The notes: generated by a model from the letters alone, not told the origin. Shown: positions 24,327 through 39,587, counted from the stretch's first letter. The stretch is DNA of 64,000 nt from Eledone cirrhosa (GCA_964016885.1 OZ024740.1:275032001-275096000); one strand, 5' to 3'. Numbers and translations are program-made.

Positions 24327-24385
24327 AATATGGTTTTATAAATATAGTTTCCATTTATTTAATATTGTATATATATATATATATA

Positions 24386-24535
24386 TATTAAAATAACAGA
24401 TTACATTTTAAGCAAAGAATCGCTGCTTTCGCCGTTAACGAGATCTTCAGAAGATCCCGTTACGGGTGAAAGCAGCGAATCTTTTCTTAAACTTTCTTCT
24501 GTTATTTTAATAAATATTTGCTCTATGGTGTTATA
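24386..24535. mobile_element. TA-flanked fold-back with hammerhead-like apex
   Basis: Arms attaaaataacaga...gatctt / aagatc...tctgttattttaat. Minus strand CTGAAGA...GAAAGCAGCGA. Confidence 0.45.
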
Positions 24536-24587
24536 TATATATAATCCTTGTCGAGCCCTCTTCGGATTTTAGTCTTCACATTTATTA

Positions 24588-24678
24588 TTGACTTTGCCTT
24601 TCATCCTTTCGGGGTCGATAAAATAAAGTACCAGTAATGCACTGAGTAATTGCTGGCCTTGTGCCTAAAGTAGAAACA

Positions 24679-24692
<14 letters not shown>
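24588..24692 (+). mobile_element. Nin SINE 3' half
   Basis: Nin core plus tail. Confidence 0.8.
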
Positions 24693-24710
<18 letters not shown>

Positions 24711-25101
24711 TATAATATACGTTATAGAGGTAACTTAGACAGCGTAAATATGATAAATCCTTTGGTTCGACTTTCGAGAGCTAATAATATGCAAATCAGT
24801 ACATCTATTTCAGGATACTACTATAAGTGATAGGGTATACAAGCCCTTTGGTTATGTATTTCCTTGTGATTGTTTAAATGTCACACACACCTTCGGAGAG
24901 AGAAACCAACTAGGTCCGAAAACCGATTGAAGGTATTAATCAGGTTTCAATTTATAGAGAATACGTGTATTTGGCATGATTACAGGTGTATAAAATGAAA
25001 AAAAAAAAAACTGTAAATTTTATACATATTTACGCCGTCTTTGTTATTCATATATTCTCTATCATTCATACATACAGACATAACTTTATCATATACGTTT
25101 G

Positions 25102-25177
<76 letters not shown>

Positions 25178-25868
25178 TTAACAGTTCCATATTATGTTCG
25201 TGCCAGATGTAAAATGTTGCCTGCCGCCCCCATTCAAAATTCTCATTAAGTATTTTAGCAATCTGTGGTAAATGCATATGATTTATGTATGGGTTACAGG
25301 TGTATAAATGTGCATGTAGTGTGCATAATGTACTTACGAACAACAAAACAGAATGAACTAGAACTAGAACGATTTATGAAAAAAAAAGGAATTGCAAGCA
25401 TTTTTCTTCTAAATCTATACAAGACAATGGAGAAGCACTGAATATACCGCATTTATACGAATATAATACGCACTTGCATATAATAAATGCCCCTAATTAC
25501 GTGCAATGATATATCGCAGCTGCAGGCCATACCACAATGTAAAAAATATAATGAGTGTTTAGTCATAGTTATTATGATGACTGAATAAAATATTGAATGA
25601 ATTCATATTTGCGTCATTACAAACTGAATCCGTTACCCTGGAAAAGGTTCATGCATCCTAAATGAAAGGAAAACAACAGCAAAAACAAATTCGAAAGTGA
25701 CCATTGAACTTTACTGGTGTTGGCCATAAAAGTGCACTTCTAGAAATCTCACAATCAGTTGTGTTTTTTTTAAGCAAAATGCTCTACATAATAATTTACG
25801 CGTGGTCGTGTTATATTTAGAAAACAACTTTTTCAGTTTCAGACTGCCCTGTTGCAGTTTGCGACTAA

Positions 25869-26130
25869 CCCAGGTTCTGCTGCACACCGGGCTGAGGAGG
25901 CCAAACTCTTCAAATACCGGTCGCCTCCGACAGGTTTGCGGTTGTACCCTTGGCAGTGGAGACCTCTGGTGTCCTCGCCCCAGATCTACCTCCTTACTCA
26001 CCACCATAGGCGCTGAGCTAGCCAGCCGCAGGTGTGAGCCCCGCGAGTTGGAGTGGCTTTTCCAGCGCGTTTCCTATTGCCGTTCCCCGGGGAAACGTCT
26101 TCTCCATTCTGTCCGCCGGGGTTGTAGGGA
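25869..26130 (+). mobile_element. CRE-clade non-LTR retrotransposon 3' fragment (restriction-like endonuclease C-terminus)
   Basis: Frameshifted PGSAAHRAEEAKLFKY..PLAVETSG..IGAELASRRCEPRELEWLFQRVS..IAVPRGN. Confidence 0.7.
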
Positions 26131-26860
26131 GGTCACCAATATGATTGACTGACTTGTCATTTTATCAGTCAGATGTTCTAATGATTCTGTTATTTAGTTG
26201 CAGTCCACTTTGTTCTTTTCCAATTCTCCCTATATTAAAATTAAAATTGTACTGCTGTCAGTGTGTGCTGCTCGGAGCTGACTTTAACCGCCCCCACCAC
26301 TTACCTCCGCCAAGATACCAATACGTATTAATACATATGCCGTGAGTAATGTTCTGGTATTAAAACGACTTTTTATGTTTATACAGTCTTATACAGACCC
26401 ACAGTTGCCGCGACTGTAGGAATGTCTCCCATAGTGGATTTCCCCCATCCCCATAGCTTCGCTACAGACGAAAGTCAATCTTTCACGTAATGACAAGTTA
26501 CTCACAGCATAAACGAGGATTCTAATCGCATAGAGCGACTCCCTTAAAATGTCATCCCCGTTGCTTTCTTCTGGCAGCTTTCTTGAATGAAAAGTAAAAG
26601 ATACATGTTAACGCTTTAGTTTTGTTTAACTTTTAACATAATTTAATTCATAGGTGTATAAATAACATTACAAATTGTTCTAAATTCTTTCAGAATGAAA
26701 ATATAAACACATATAATAAATAAAATCAACTATTGCTAGGAACCTCACAAATATAACGCACCAAAATATACGACCAGAGCGAGAGAAAGAAAAAAGAAAA
26801 AGGGAAACAAAATAAAAAACGACCATCAATTCACTACCAAGTGCGGCAATTGGCGGCACA

Positions 26861-27070
26861 TCACAAGGACCAAAGGAAATATTTGAGGCAAGCCAACACG
26901 CTCGCAGCATTCCCATGGGTGATGGCGAAGCTATGGCGCTGAAACCACCAAGCACTCCCACGAGCATTATCTGATACCACAGCAAGGTGAGCCACCAACG
27001 ATAACAAGAACTTCACTGTCAGCGGCCCAACTCCATCAAACGTTTCAAACGCCACAGGCTGGAAAGTTGA
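26861..27070 (-). mobile_element. CRE-clade 3' fragment
   Basis: AFETFDGVGPLTVKFLLSLVAHLAVVSDNARGSAWWFQRHSFAITHGNAASVLAC fits the ETxG...FQRxSxAxxxGNAAS motif. Confidence 0.7.
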
Positions 27071-27149
27071 TTTTCTAGTAGGATTATTTTAGTGTGATTT
27101 ATGTTATTGTTTGCCAAAAAAAGAGACTAACATATTGAGATGGGTTAGA

Positions 27150-28000
27150 ATCTTCGGTTTAATTGAACTCAATCTAGAGCACCAAACATAAATATATTTT
27201 AAAGATATTCCTGAACTCGCAAACACAAAAGGAAACCTACATTATTCCCCTCCAACCTCAAGCAAGAAGCGTAGGATTTATTCGACGATAGTAAAAGACA
27301 ATCGAAGTCAATACTAAAATGCCCTAACAATTGTGTGAATTTGATAAGTTTGGCACGATGGGAATGATACCTAGGTCATTGTTTAGTATCACTAGGCATT
27401 GGGTAATAAACGAGGGATTTCCATCTTTCTGGGTCGGGCTACAAAGAATTATTTTCTATTTTGTATCTTAAGTAACAAATGGATATTTATCATTATTCGA
27501 TGTAATGTTGCGTCTCTTAGAAACTGAAATAAATTGACCATGCGCACAATGTTTCTTTTTTTATGCTAAGAATAATAAAGTCAGCGAAAGACGCATGAAC
27601 ACCTTTGATATCATTATCGGTAACTATAACATCAATCACGTTTTCAAAAGGGCTTACACCATTAGTCATACCAAATAATAACCTTGTAAACTCGAATGGG
27701 CGTCGAGCAGCGTGAAATGCAGTGTATCCCTCATCATTATTGAGGAATAGATCTGGTGTCGCGCTGCTTTCAGATCCAGTTTGCAGTATAATTTATTACA
27801 GGAAATAGAAAGCATGAGATCTTCAATATTAGGGAGTAAACAGACATCTAGAAAGCAGTAGAGAGTTATTGTTTGTGGATAGTCGATAAGACGTTGTTTG
27901 TCATTGTTTCTTACTATTAATATTTCTAATTGCCTTAGAGTAAAACACATCTCAAAGATGCTATCATCAAGCCACTTGCTTACTAAACATTCCATTGAGT
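27150..28000 (-). pseudogene. Gypsy LTR retrotransposon pol (RT) relic
   Basis: KQRLIDYPQTI..LPNIEDL..KLDLKAARHQI and downstream FGMTNGVSPFENVID. Confidence 0.7.
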
Positions 28001-28057
28001 GGACTGGAGAAAGCGATGAGATTTAGTAGCAATTGGTTTCATATTATTAATATATCT

Positions 28058-28235
28058 TGGCAGTATCGGTAGAGGGTCGGACGCCATGCTTTCTAGCATA
28101 GTTACGTCCCTTTACGGTTTGAGTTCAAATCCCGCCGAGGTTAACTTTGCCTTTCATCCTTACGGGGTCGATGAAATAAAGTACCAGTAATGCACTGGGT
28201 AATTGCTGGCCTTGTGCCAAAAGTAGAAACAATTA
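28058..28235 (+). mobile_element. Nin SINE
   Basis: Same family sequence. Confidence 0.85.
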
Positions 28236-28682
28236 TCTATTATGGTCAGTATATTGAAATACATTATGGGTGGGGGTGGGGTGTGTTAAGCCTCTTAGTG
28301 CCGAAAGGCTTTCATTGTAATAGATACAATTTACCATATGGCTGAATACTGAAAGTTTAATGAAATTCCTAGGCAGAGAGAAAGAGGGCGAGGAAGGACT
28401 GAGAGCGAGTCCTTGCTGGTTTGTGGAGTCTTCAGCAAAAAGATTTAAGAACGTACCTTTTCAGTGTGTTCATGTGCTTCTACTCGATGAATTTCCGTCA
28501 AATCGGTGTGGCCGGAGAATTCTTTCTATTCTTATTATTCTATTTCACTGTAAAAAGACATGCCCTTAAGCATTTTCTGGTTGATCTTTCGAAAATAACT
28601 GTTTCCTACTTATAGTTGAATAAATTGTTGAAACGGGAGTATACCGTTATGCACCTGGGCCAGAAGTAGCAATCACTAATAA

Positions 28683-28860
28683 CTGTTTCTACTCTAGGCA
28701 CAAGGCCAGCAAATTACCCAGTACATTACTGGTACTTTATTTTATCGACCCCGTAAGGATGAAAGGCAAAGTTAACCTCGGCGGGATTTTAACTCAGACT
28801 GTAAAGGGACGTAACTATGCTAGAAAGCATGGCGTCCAACCCTCTACCGATACTGCCAAT
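28683..28860 (-). mobile_element. Nin SINE
   Basis: Same family sequence. Confidence 0.85.
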
Positions 28861-31603
28861 CTCTAATATATCGATAGAATGTTCACTATCTGGACGTTTA
28901 AATGTATTATACGTCTTTCAATATTAGCCACTGGTTGTATATATTTTTATAGGCTAAAATTACATATATTTACAGTTAATAATAAAGGTGATGGTTTTTC
29001 GTCTTAATTTTACTAATTTATAGTCTTAATTTATAATTCAGGCTCTATATTCAATTAAGTCCGATATCAAGGTTAGCTTTAAACATGTTTTCCTCCAAAC
29101 GTTACAGTTTCTGTTTCATTGTTGAGATATTTATGTTAATTTAGTAACAGTTTCTTCGGATTACCGAGTTTACCCCCAAATCAATATCATTCCATCTTAG
29201 GATTTACCATAGTGCCGCCAGTGAAAAAACAGTAAACTCAACGGTTGGCCATTTTAAAAATCTTTTATTTGCCATTCAGTAGACCGAATAATACCTTTAA
29301 GCTACTTGTGATGCAATGTAATTATTTTAAACAGGGGGTTATTACACGAAATTTCAAGTCAATTCTTTGATAAATTGGTTTTATCAGTGAGCAACTTGAA
29401 TTTATATAATGAAGCATTGTTTTCTATCTAGCACCGATAATTGTTAAATTTTGCATAGAAATCAGAGAGGTTTTCCAAAGAATTTTATTTTTAAATGTTC
29501 AAACTTAAGATATAATTTTCAAACCAGAATTAACAACCGTTAAATTAAACCTTAACTGTTGACGATAAAAGAAAAATGTACAAAGTTGTAGTTTTGTAAC
29601 CGAGTATTTAGTTCTATTTACTGTAAGACATTCCCATTCTATCGGTTGCCATCGCATCGTTTTCAGTAAGGTATGATTTGAAGGTCACCTAGGCAGATTT
29701 CATAGCTATTTACTGTAGATCAACCGACCCCCAAGGGGTTTTCTCTAGGAATTTCGGTACAGCTGCTTTATTTTTCAATATCGCAAAACATATTCCTAAC
29801 GTTGGAAACAATGTATTTCAAACGACAAAAGAAAGAAAAATTGTTTTCTTAGATTGATTAAAATGATGTATAGGACTTTAAAACAAAATTGTTTTCGTTC
29901 TAACATGGTGGATACCTAAATGTATTCGTGAGTGAATAATAATATTGCTATTCGGTTCGTTTGCAAGTAAACAACCTCATAATATCATGTGTGTTTTCTA
30001 GACGACTGAGTCAACTTTTTGATCTAGCGGTAGCAGAGAGAAAAAAGTCAACAAATGTTTCAGAATAATCTAAAAGGATATAGTAGTATAACTAACATTC
30101 TCATTATAAAGCTGGTGTTTGGAACATAACAAGGGTCTTACGTAGAATTATGAAGGGAAGGCTTTAGCTAAATATACACACTCTAAACAGGTTTTTATTG
30201 TAGAACCAGAGACAGTTTCATATGGTTTGACATTAAAAGGGTAAAGGTTATTACCTTAATATATTATACAATATACTGTACTGCTATTTCTTCTTACATA
30301 TCATCGTCCTGTACAAGGAAATCATAAAGTTATAATTGAGAATAAGTATATTCTAATACTAATATTACATACACTACAAATATCCTTTCTGTCTGAAAGA
30401 TATCTATAACACATCTAAACTGATCTAAATTCATTTGGGGGCTTGAAACTGACTTGTTGACTCATGTCACCGGAATTCTCATTGTGCTTGCTATAAAACG
30501 TTTTAAAAAATGCTCTCGTCAATAATATGATAAATAAGATTACTTGAGTAATAAAAAGAAGCTTGGCAAAATTTCACACAAATTTTCATTTTTTTTATCA
30601 GTAGAAGTAACTTCTAATTGAGAACTTTTTTCTTTTACCATACCCATTTTTCTTCTCTGCTTAAAATATTTACGTTATACCCACCCCCTCTATTTTGGCA
30701 AAGACATAAACGTTTTCAGCAATTACTTTAATAGTTTAATTGTATTTATATTGTGTGTCTTCATTTTCATTTTTCCTATTTTGTATATTCCTACAAATGT
30801 TTGGCCAGTGTTATGATCAGAAAGTAATTGTATTCTGATTAAATTATAGAAAATAAAGCTAAGCATATTTAATATTTCAGCAGGGACATTTTCCTTTAAC
30901 TTATAAGTTAAATATGAGAAGAATATATTCTTGGTGAAACGTTCCAATTTAGCATCAATTTCTAAAGAAACATACATACTTAAATACATGTATGTATGTT
31001 GGTATGTCAGCTTAGCTACTTTTTTTCATTTCCTTTTATATATATCCTCATAATGTTGTATAGTGAATGCAATTCCAAATGTAGAAATTTCATTGACATA
31101 GGGAAATATGTAGTGGATGGAGAGGTATTGTAGCTTACAAAACAAATGAGTTCATGATATAAGGAAAACCTCGTCGCAGGCTGTTTGGTATGATAGTAAA
31201 TTTGGTGATATTAGAAATGTCTGAAAGGCCACACATTTTTCTACCTACCTAAATAAAAGATTAGTATATTCTAGTAAGAAAGTGTTGCCATTTAACTGAT
31301 CCTTGCTTCACCTATTATTATTTTATTAAATTTCTTTAAAATGTATATCATCATAATTATTCTCATCCTGATTATTGTTAATTAAAACATCATTATGTTT
31401 GAAGATTTATAGTTGTTACCATTATCATCATCTTCAACATAACCAGCACTTTATTAGTAATGCCATCATTATTATATTGATTTGAGACACATATTGTTGT
31501 TAAACCCAAGATCAACTCTGGCTGAACAGAGTAACGGTCATATAAATCCAACTGAGATCATCTTTTCTATCTAGAGGTATACATTACTTCATTATCTAAT
31601 ATG

Positions 31604-31700
31604 TTCACTTTGCCTTTCATCCTTACCGGGTCGATAAAATAAAGTACCAGTAATACACTGGCATAATTGCTGGCCTTGTGCTAAAAGTAGAAACAATTAT
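31604..31700 (+). mobile_element. Nin SINE 3' half
   Basis: Nin core plus tail. Confidence 0.75.
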
Positions 31701-31940
31701 CTAATATGTCCTTCCTGCACTAAATTGAGTGATTTGAAACACATTCGGCTGATATTGTTAGCAGGACGAGCAACAATTTAATGGCTGGCTCAGTGGAAGC
31801 ATGCTGGTTTCATTTATCAATGTTTAAAGTATTAGCTAGATTATGAGTATTGCCACCACTGCTAACTTGATCACCATATGCAAGCTGTTTCTATCTTCAT
31901 AGTTCTTTCATATTACTATTATAATCTACATCATTAGATA

Positions 31941-32118
31941 GCGGTGAACTGGCAGTATTGGTAGAGGGTCGGACGCCATGCTTTCCAGCGTAGTTACGAT
32001 CTGAGTTCAAATCCCGCCGAGGTTAACTTTACCTTTCATCCTTACGGGGTCGATAAAATAAAGTACCAGTAATGTACTGGGTAATTGCTGGCCTTGTGCC
32101 AAAAGTAGAAACAATTAT
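31941..32118 (+). mobile_element. Nin SINE
   Basis: Same family sequence. Confidence 0.85.
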
Positions 32119-32329
32119 AATCTACATCATTGTCATTGTAGCCATCGTTATTCTTTTGCCCTTTAAAGTCATTTTCTTTTATCATTATCATCATAAATAT
32201 TCGCCAAAACCACCACCATCATCCTTATGCCAACATTTGCATCAGTATCATTGACAAGGTACCTCTAACACCACCATCATTTATGACCTGCAGCAACATA
32301 TTCCCACTTTCTTCATCACCCTCCTTTTT

Positions 32330-33370
32330 TGCATCTATTTTCCTATGCTTGCATGGTTTGGAATAGTATTTTCCAACACAACCTCCCTCCATATATTGTG
32401 AGCTTAAGCATTTTGAGATCCAATTTCACCGCATCTGCCCACATTTTCCTTTGTCTTCCCATACTGCAGGAAGGATGATAGATCGAGATATTTTGTTAAA
32501 AGCCTTCTCTAGATCTACAAAAGCAAGATCTAGCAGTATATGTGTTGCTAAGTACCTCTGCTAGAGTTATTCCACAAGAAAGAGGGCATTGGTTGTACCC
32601 CTACAAGGCATAAAGTCAAACCAAATCCTATATAACTTGATTCTGTCTCTAAATAGTTGTGTTATAACCCTTTCAGGAACTTTCGTGCCCTTCTCAATCA
32701 GTTTGATACTTCTGTAGATATTTCTCTCTAATACATCTCCCTTGCCCTTGTAGCAATTTACAATGATTCTGCTGCACCAGCCAGTGAGTATGAAACCATT
32801 CTGCACTACTAAATAAACTCAGCAACTATACCAGAAGATCCAGCTGTCTTCCCTACCTTCATTTCCTTAATTGCATTATCTAATACACTACTGTTCAACT
32901 TTTATCGTTTGGCCCTCAGTTGTATCTACATGGGTTAGGCCCTTGCTATTCCATTTATTTTCCTCATTCAACAACCTTTCATAGTACGTTTTCCATGCCT
33001 TTTGTCATCAGATAGGCTAAGTGTTCCAGTATCTTTTTGGACACACTTTTCCCTAACTACATCACAATTTTATCCAGCACACTTCATTTCCTTAATTGCA
33101 TTATCTAATACACTACTGTTCAACTTTTATCGTTTGGCCCTCAGTTGTATCTACATGGGTTAGGCCCTTGCTATTCCATTTATTTTCCTCATTCAACAAC
33201 CTTTCATAGTACGTTTTCCATGCCTTTTGTCATCAGATAGGCTAAGTGTTCCAGTATCTTTTTGGACACACTTTTCCCTAACTACATCACAATTTTATCC
33301 AGCACACTGTCTCAGAATCTACATTAGATTGAGTACTGCTATCCTCCTTTCTTTTTTCTATCCACGGATA
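32330..33370 (-). mobile_element. RTE LINE fragment with ~225-bp tandem duplication
   Basis: IVNCYKGKGDVLERNIYRSIKLI..FMPCRGTTNALF and FVDLEKAF. 32857-33081 is repeated at 33082-33306. Confidence 0.8.
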
Positions 33371-33428
33371 TTTTTGCAGCATTTACACACACACACATAT
33401 ACATATATACATGGATATGTGTGTGTGC

Positions 33429-33462
<34 letters not shown>

Positions 33463-33466
<4 letters not shown>

Positions 33467-33792
33467 TCATCATCATCTCATTTTACGTCCGCTTTTTCCC
33501 TGCTTGCAAGGGTGGGACGGGAACTGATTCTGGCTTGATTTCTACAGCTGGATGCCCTTCCTAACACCAAACTCATTTACAGTGAGTGCTGGGTGCTTTT
33601 TTGCCGTGGCACCTCCACGACCACTTTGCAGTGGAATGATAAGGACCCCAGTCCCTATCATCTCATTTCTACAGCTGAGTAAACTGGAGCAATGTGAAAT
33701 AAAGCTCAAGGAAACAACACATCACCTGGTCTGAGAATTGAACTCACAAACTTTCGATTGCAAGGCCAATGCTCTAACCACTAAGCCATGTG

Positions 33793-33794
<2 letters not shown>
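33463..33794 (-). mobile_element. tRNA-headed SINE with RTE-derived 3' tail
   Basis: Head ggcttagtggttagagcattggccttgcaatcgaaagtttgtgagttcaattctc, tail cccacccttgcaagc...(gat)n, copies at 49400 and 62523. Confidence 0.8.
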
Positions 33795-33873
<79 letters not shown>

Positions 33874-33930
33874 TCTCTCTCTCTCTCCCTCTCTCTCTCT
33901 CTCTGTATATATATATATATATATATATAC
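33795..33930. repeat. (CT)n-(TA)n microsatellite
   Basis: Seen directly. Confidence 0.95.
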
Positions 33931-34590
33931 CTACATGTGTGTGTGTTTATATATGTATACATACAAATAGACATGTACAACTGAAACTCAACATATAGAC
34001 ACACATACTCTACCTATATGTTGTAGTTTAAGTGTTGTAGCATTGTCCTACTTCTACCAGCTAAAAGAATGAAAGAACCATATAGAAATAAAAGTAATAT
34101 CTCTGATTCTTTATCATCATCCATAAGCTTAATGCTAGATAAATTGAATGAAATATCTGAGGCTCTTAATAACAATTTAAAAAGTCTAAAAGTTTTATTG
34201 ACGCCACAAATTTTTCATTAGATACTGAATTTCATCAATTTAATGCTTGGAAGATTTTTGCACAGTCTTCATAATGTTCCAGGCTTCTTCAGGGCCTTGC
34301 CAATAGAAATCAGATCACATCGAATACTTTAGGCTTTTTCTTCAATAATTATTCTGAAGCTATTTTAGTTTTAGAGCAGTCTCTCCATACATATATTTAC
34401 TTGCATACAAATTCACATTCTAACATTAATACATACATGTATCCACAATACTCATATATAGAACTGCCAGCATAAAAAGAAATACAGTCTCACAGCTATC
34501 CACACATGAAGTTCCACATTCTATACAGAATACACATATAAATGTAATATCTATTCTTATAAATTCTTCACACACATACATACACACACA

Positions 34591-34629
<39 letters not shown>

Positions 34630-34929
34630 CTGTATCAAATCACTCACAAACTATCACACAGATATTCTAACACATATATTGTTTGCATGTGTATGCACAC
34701 ACACACACACACACATGTATGCATAGACATAAATACATGGGTACACATGTAAATATGCATTTCACGGTTGGACATAATTATAAGCATTGGTACAGATCTG
34801 TACACATATAGTAAATATGTACATTTGTGGATTTATGATGCAAGTACACATATGCACTAACGTAGATGACAACATGGATACACACATGCACTCACAGATA
34901 TTTGTATATACCCATTACACGTCTATGTT

Positions 34930-36580
<1,651 letters not shown>

Positions 36581-36982
36581 TACAGAAGTCTATGTTAATA
36601 CACATACATATACACATACACACAATCATCTGTGATTGAAAAGCAAGGTGAAAAAACAAAAAAAAGCAATAACACAATAACAAAAACTAAAAATAGAGAA
36701 TGAAGTATCATCATACGATGACTCCTCTAGACTAATCCAATGACAATCTTGTGGCAATCTGAGAAATTTATCGCAAGTAAAAATGTTTAAACAAGGATGA
36801 TGCGAATAAAATTGAGTAGATACCGGATGTGATTGCGGAAATTTTGCTGCAACTTAGACTAAGCTCCTGTTAAAAATGATAAGACGCATTGGCTGTCAAA
36901 ATCACTCTGGTAAATACATATGCGAGTTTTATATTTGTTTTATATCATGATATATATACCACATCGAAGTAAATAGCTGTAT

Positions 36983-37080
36983 CAATAATAATAGTAGTAG
37001 TAGTAGTAGTAATAGTAGTAGTAGTAGTAATAATAGTAATAGTGATAATGATGATGATAATAATAATAATAATAATAATA

Positions 37081-37111
<31 letters not shown>

Positions 37112-37155
37112 TGGTGGTGATTGTGATGATGATGATGATGACAACAATAACAATA
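36983..37155. repeat. Compound (AAT/AGT/GAT)n microsatellite
   Basis: Seen directly. Confidence 0.9.
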
Positions 37156-37829
37156 AATATAGAATTTCTGAATGGATAGGAAGACAGATGCTTATGGCTG
37201 AGTGATTAATGTTAACGATTGACTGCTAAGGAAAGGAAAAATGATTTGAGAAGAGGGACATTTGATTTTTTTTTTTTTTTTTTATTTGATTTTGTTCTAT
37301 TTTATACTTATTTTCTTGTGCACTCTCTCACTGACTACCTCTCTTCTTCTGTATCTTTCAATGTTTTCTTTTTCTTTTATTAAATTTTCAATCATAATGA
37401 TTTGTAAATGGTCACATGATTATCTCTTCAAGATGGCTGCCTGAAAATAGGAGTTTGAGAGGTTATACGTGTGTGTAAGTGTATATATGTGCGTAAATGG
37501 GTGAATGTACATTTGAAAGTGTGGTTAAATGCCACGTATGTATGAAATATAAAGGAAATTGAGTGAACGGATACAAATTTAATGGATTAGAAAGACAAAA
37601 GTAACAATTGTAAGAGTAGAACATGAAAAGGTGTAAAATTAGCTTTATGTTGCAACTAAATGAGAAAGGAAACAGTCCATAGTTGTTATGTCTCTCAATT
37701 CCTTCAGAGATAAATAAATTGAAAGCAGAAAATAAAAAGAAAAAAGAAATCTATTGAACTTGACCATAAGACCTTAATATTCTTGAGTGCAATTCTTTAT
37801 TGTTGCAGTCTCTGCCAAAAACGAAATAC

Positions 37830-37871
<42 letters not shown>

Positions 37872-37872
<1 letters not shown>

Positions 37873-37998
37873 CGTTATTCCAGGTTGAATCGGAGGTAAC
37901 CACAGTAAGTAAGGTACTCAATACATAGCAGAGTATAAAAGTTTTAATATAGATGAGATTCTACAGGACTAGAACTGTTTCATTCTTTAGAAATCCTC
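37872..37998 (-). mobile_element. Truncated copy of the 591-726 ribozyme element in (TA)n
   Basis: Near-identical to 591-717, truncated inside the CTGANGA box. Confidence 0.8.
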
Positions 37999-38031
37999 AT
38001 ATATATATGTATACACACTCACACACACACA

Positions 38032-38073
<42 letters not shown>

Positions 38074-38674
38074 CACTCTTGGGTGTTTAATTCTCAGTAT
38101 TCTGAATGTTAGATAATATAAATAAACTACCTTACCGTATGTGTGCATGTGTTTTGAAAATATGAGAGTCCCAAACGTAAAAAATTTATTATTTTTCTTA
38201 CATTTTCAAATTGCAAACACACCCAATGCTTCAGTGATTCATAATTTTTACATGAACACACACATAAACATATATATGTTTATGTGTGTGTATAATGATA
38301 GAGATGTGCTAAAGAAGACATGATCAATCCATGCAGAAAGTGAACATAAAATGATATATTGGGTAGAAAGTCAAATTCACAATCAAGAGTTGTAAGTTTG
38401 ATTCCCAGATCAGGAAAAATGTGTTCTTACGAAAGACACTTTATTTCACATTGCTCCAGTTCACTCAGTGGGAAAAAAATAAGTTACATCACTTGTGCCA
38501 AACTGTATTGATATTTGCCTTTCTTTTGGAAAACATCAGTGACATGTAGAGGAGAAATTTGAATGCATGGGTAATTACTGGTTTCCAACAAAAACACATT
38601 GCCTTTGATGGAAACTTTCTGAGGGCAAATCACATGTAATTTGTGACCAAAGGGGGCCTTTACCTATTATATAT

Positions 38675-39587
38675 ATGGGAGGGTGCTCTGAAAGTACTGT
38701 AGCTAGAGTCAGAACTGGTTGGAAAAAGTTCAGAGAGCTTATACCACTATTAGCTGCTAAAGGGTTCTCCCTAAAAATGAAAGGCAGGTTGTACGATGCC
38801 TGCATACGAACAGCAATGTTGCATGGTAGTGAGACCTGGGCATTGTGTGCAGAGGATATATGCAGACTAGAGAGGAACGAAGCTTGCATGCTCCGCTGGA
38901 TGTGTAATAGTAATATACGTGAACGGCAAAGCATAAACGAACTAAGGAAAAAATTAGAGATAAGAGGGATCAGATGTTGTTTACTCGAGAGAAGGCTGCG
39001 TTGGTATGGACACGTGATGCGCATGAAAGTCGATAGCTGTATAACAAAGTGCAGGGCAATAAAGATAGACGGTAGCCACGGAATAGGCAGACCTAGAAAA
39101 ACATGGGATGAGCTGATAAACTCCGACCTCACACACTTACACCTCTCCAAGACAATGTCACTGGACCGAGACCTTTGGCGGTACTCAGTAACAGAGAAGA
39201 CCCGCCTTGCCAGTAGGCATCTCTAACAAAATACACCCCGTCCCGCCACCACCCCCACCCCATCCACACCACCCCGTTCTATGTAAAGTTATGTTGGTGC
39301 CGCGCCATCCAGGCCGAAACAAATGAGATCGTGTAGGTGTCACGACAAAAAACACACAGTCCACGCTGTAATGTGGCCGTGTAGGCAACACGGTAAAAAC
39401 CTCCCAGACCCACACTGTAAATGTGGTTGGTGTTAGGAAGGGCATCCAACTGTAGAAAACCTGCCAGACAGTCCTATGCGAGCAAGACAATCACTCTTGC
39501 CTCAAGTGGGACTACCCCCGTCCACACCCATGCAAGCGTGGAACACGGACGTTAAACGTTGATGATGATGATGATGATGATGATGAT
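38675..39587 (+). mobile_element. RTE LINE 3' fragment with (GAT)n tail
   Basis: [50 protein letters not shown]. Confidence 0.85.

Larger units (their letters stand above)
21645..24369 (-). mobile_element. 5'-truncated Penelope-like element with inverted pLTR
   Basis: ~865-bp near-perfect inverted arms 21732-22593 and 23499-24369, GIY-YIG C-terminus in the spacer, hammerhead in each arm, (TA)n flanks. Confidence 0.85.

Noticed and set aside
33735-33794. tRNA genes (also 53140-53210, 62523-62580 and Nin SINE heads)
   Set aside because: tRNA-derived SINE heads without a complete cloverleaf, fused to SINE bodies
37400-37452. Possible minus-strand splice acceptor or YY1-like AAGATGGC site
   Set aside because: Short motif only, with no supporting exon or promoter context
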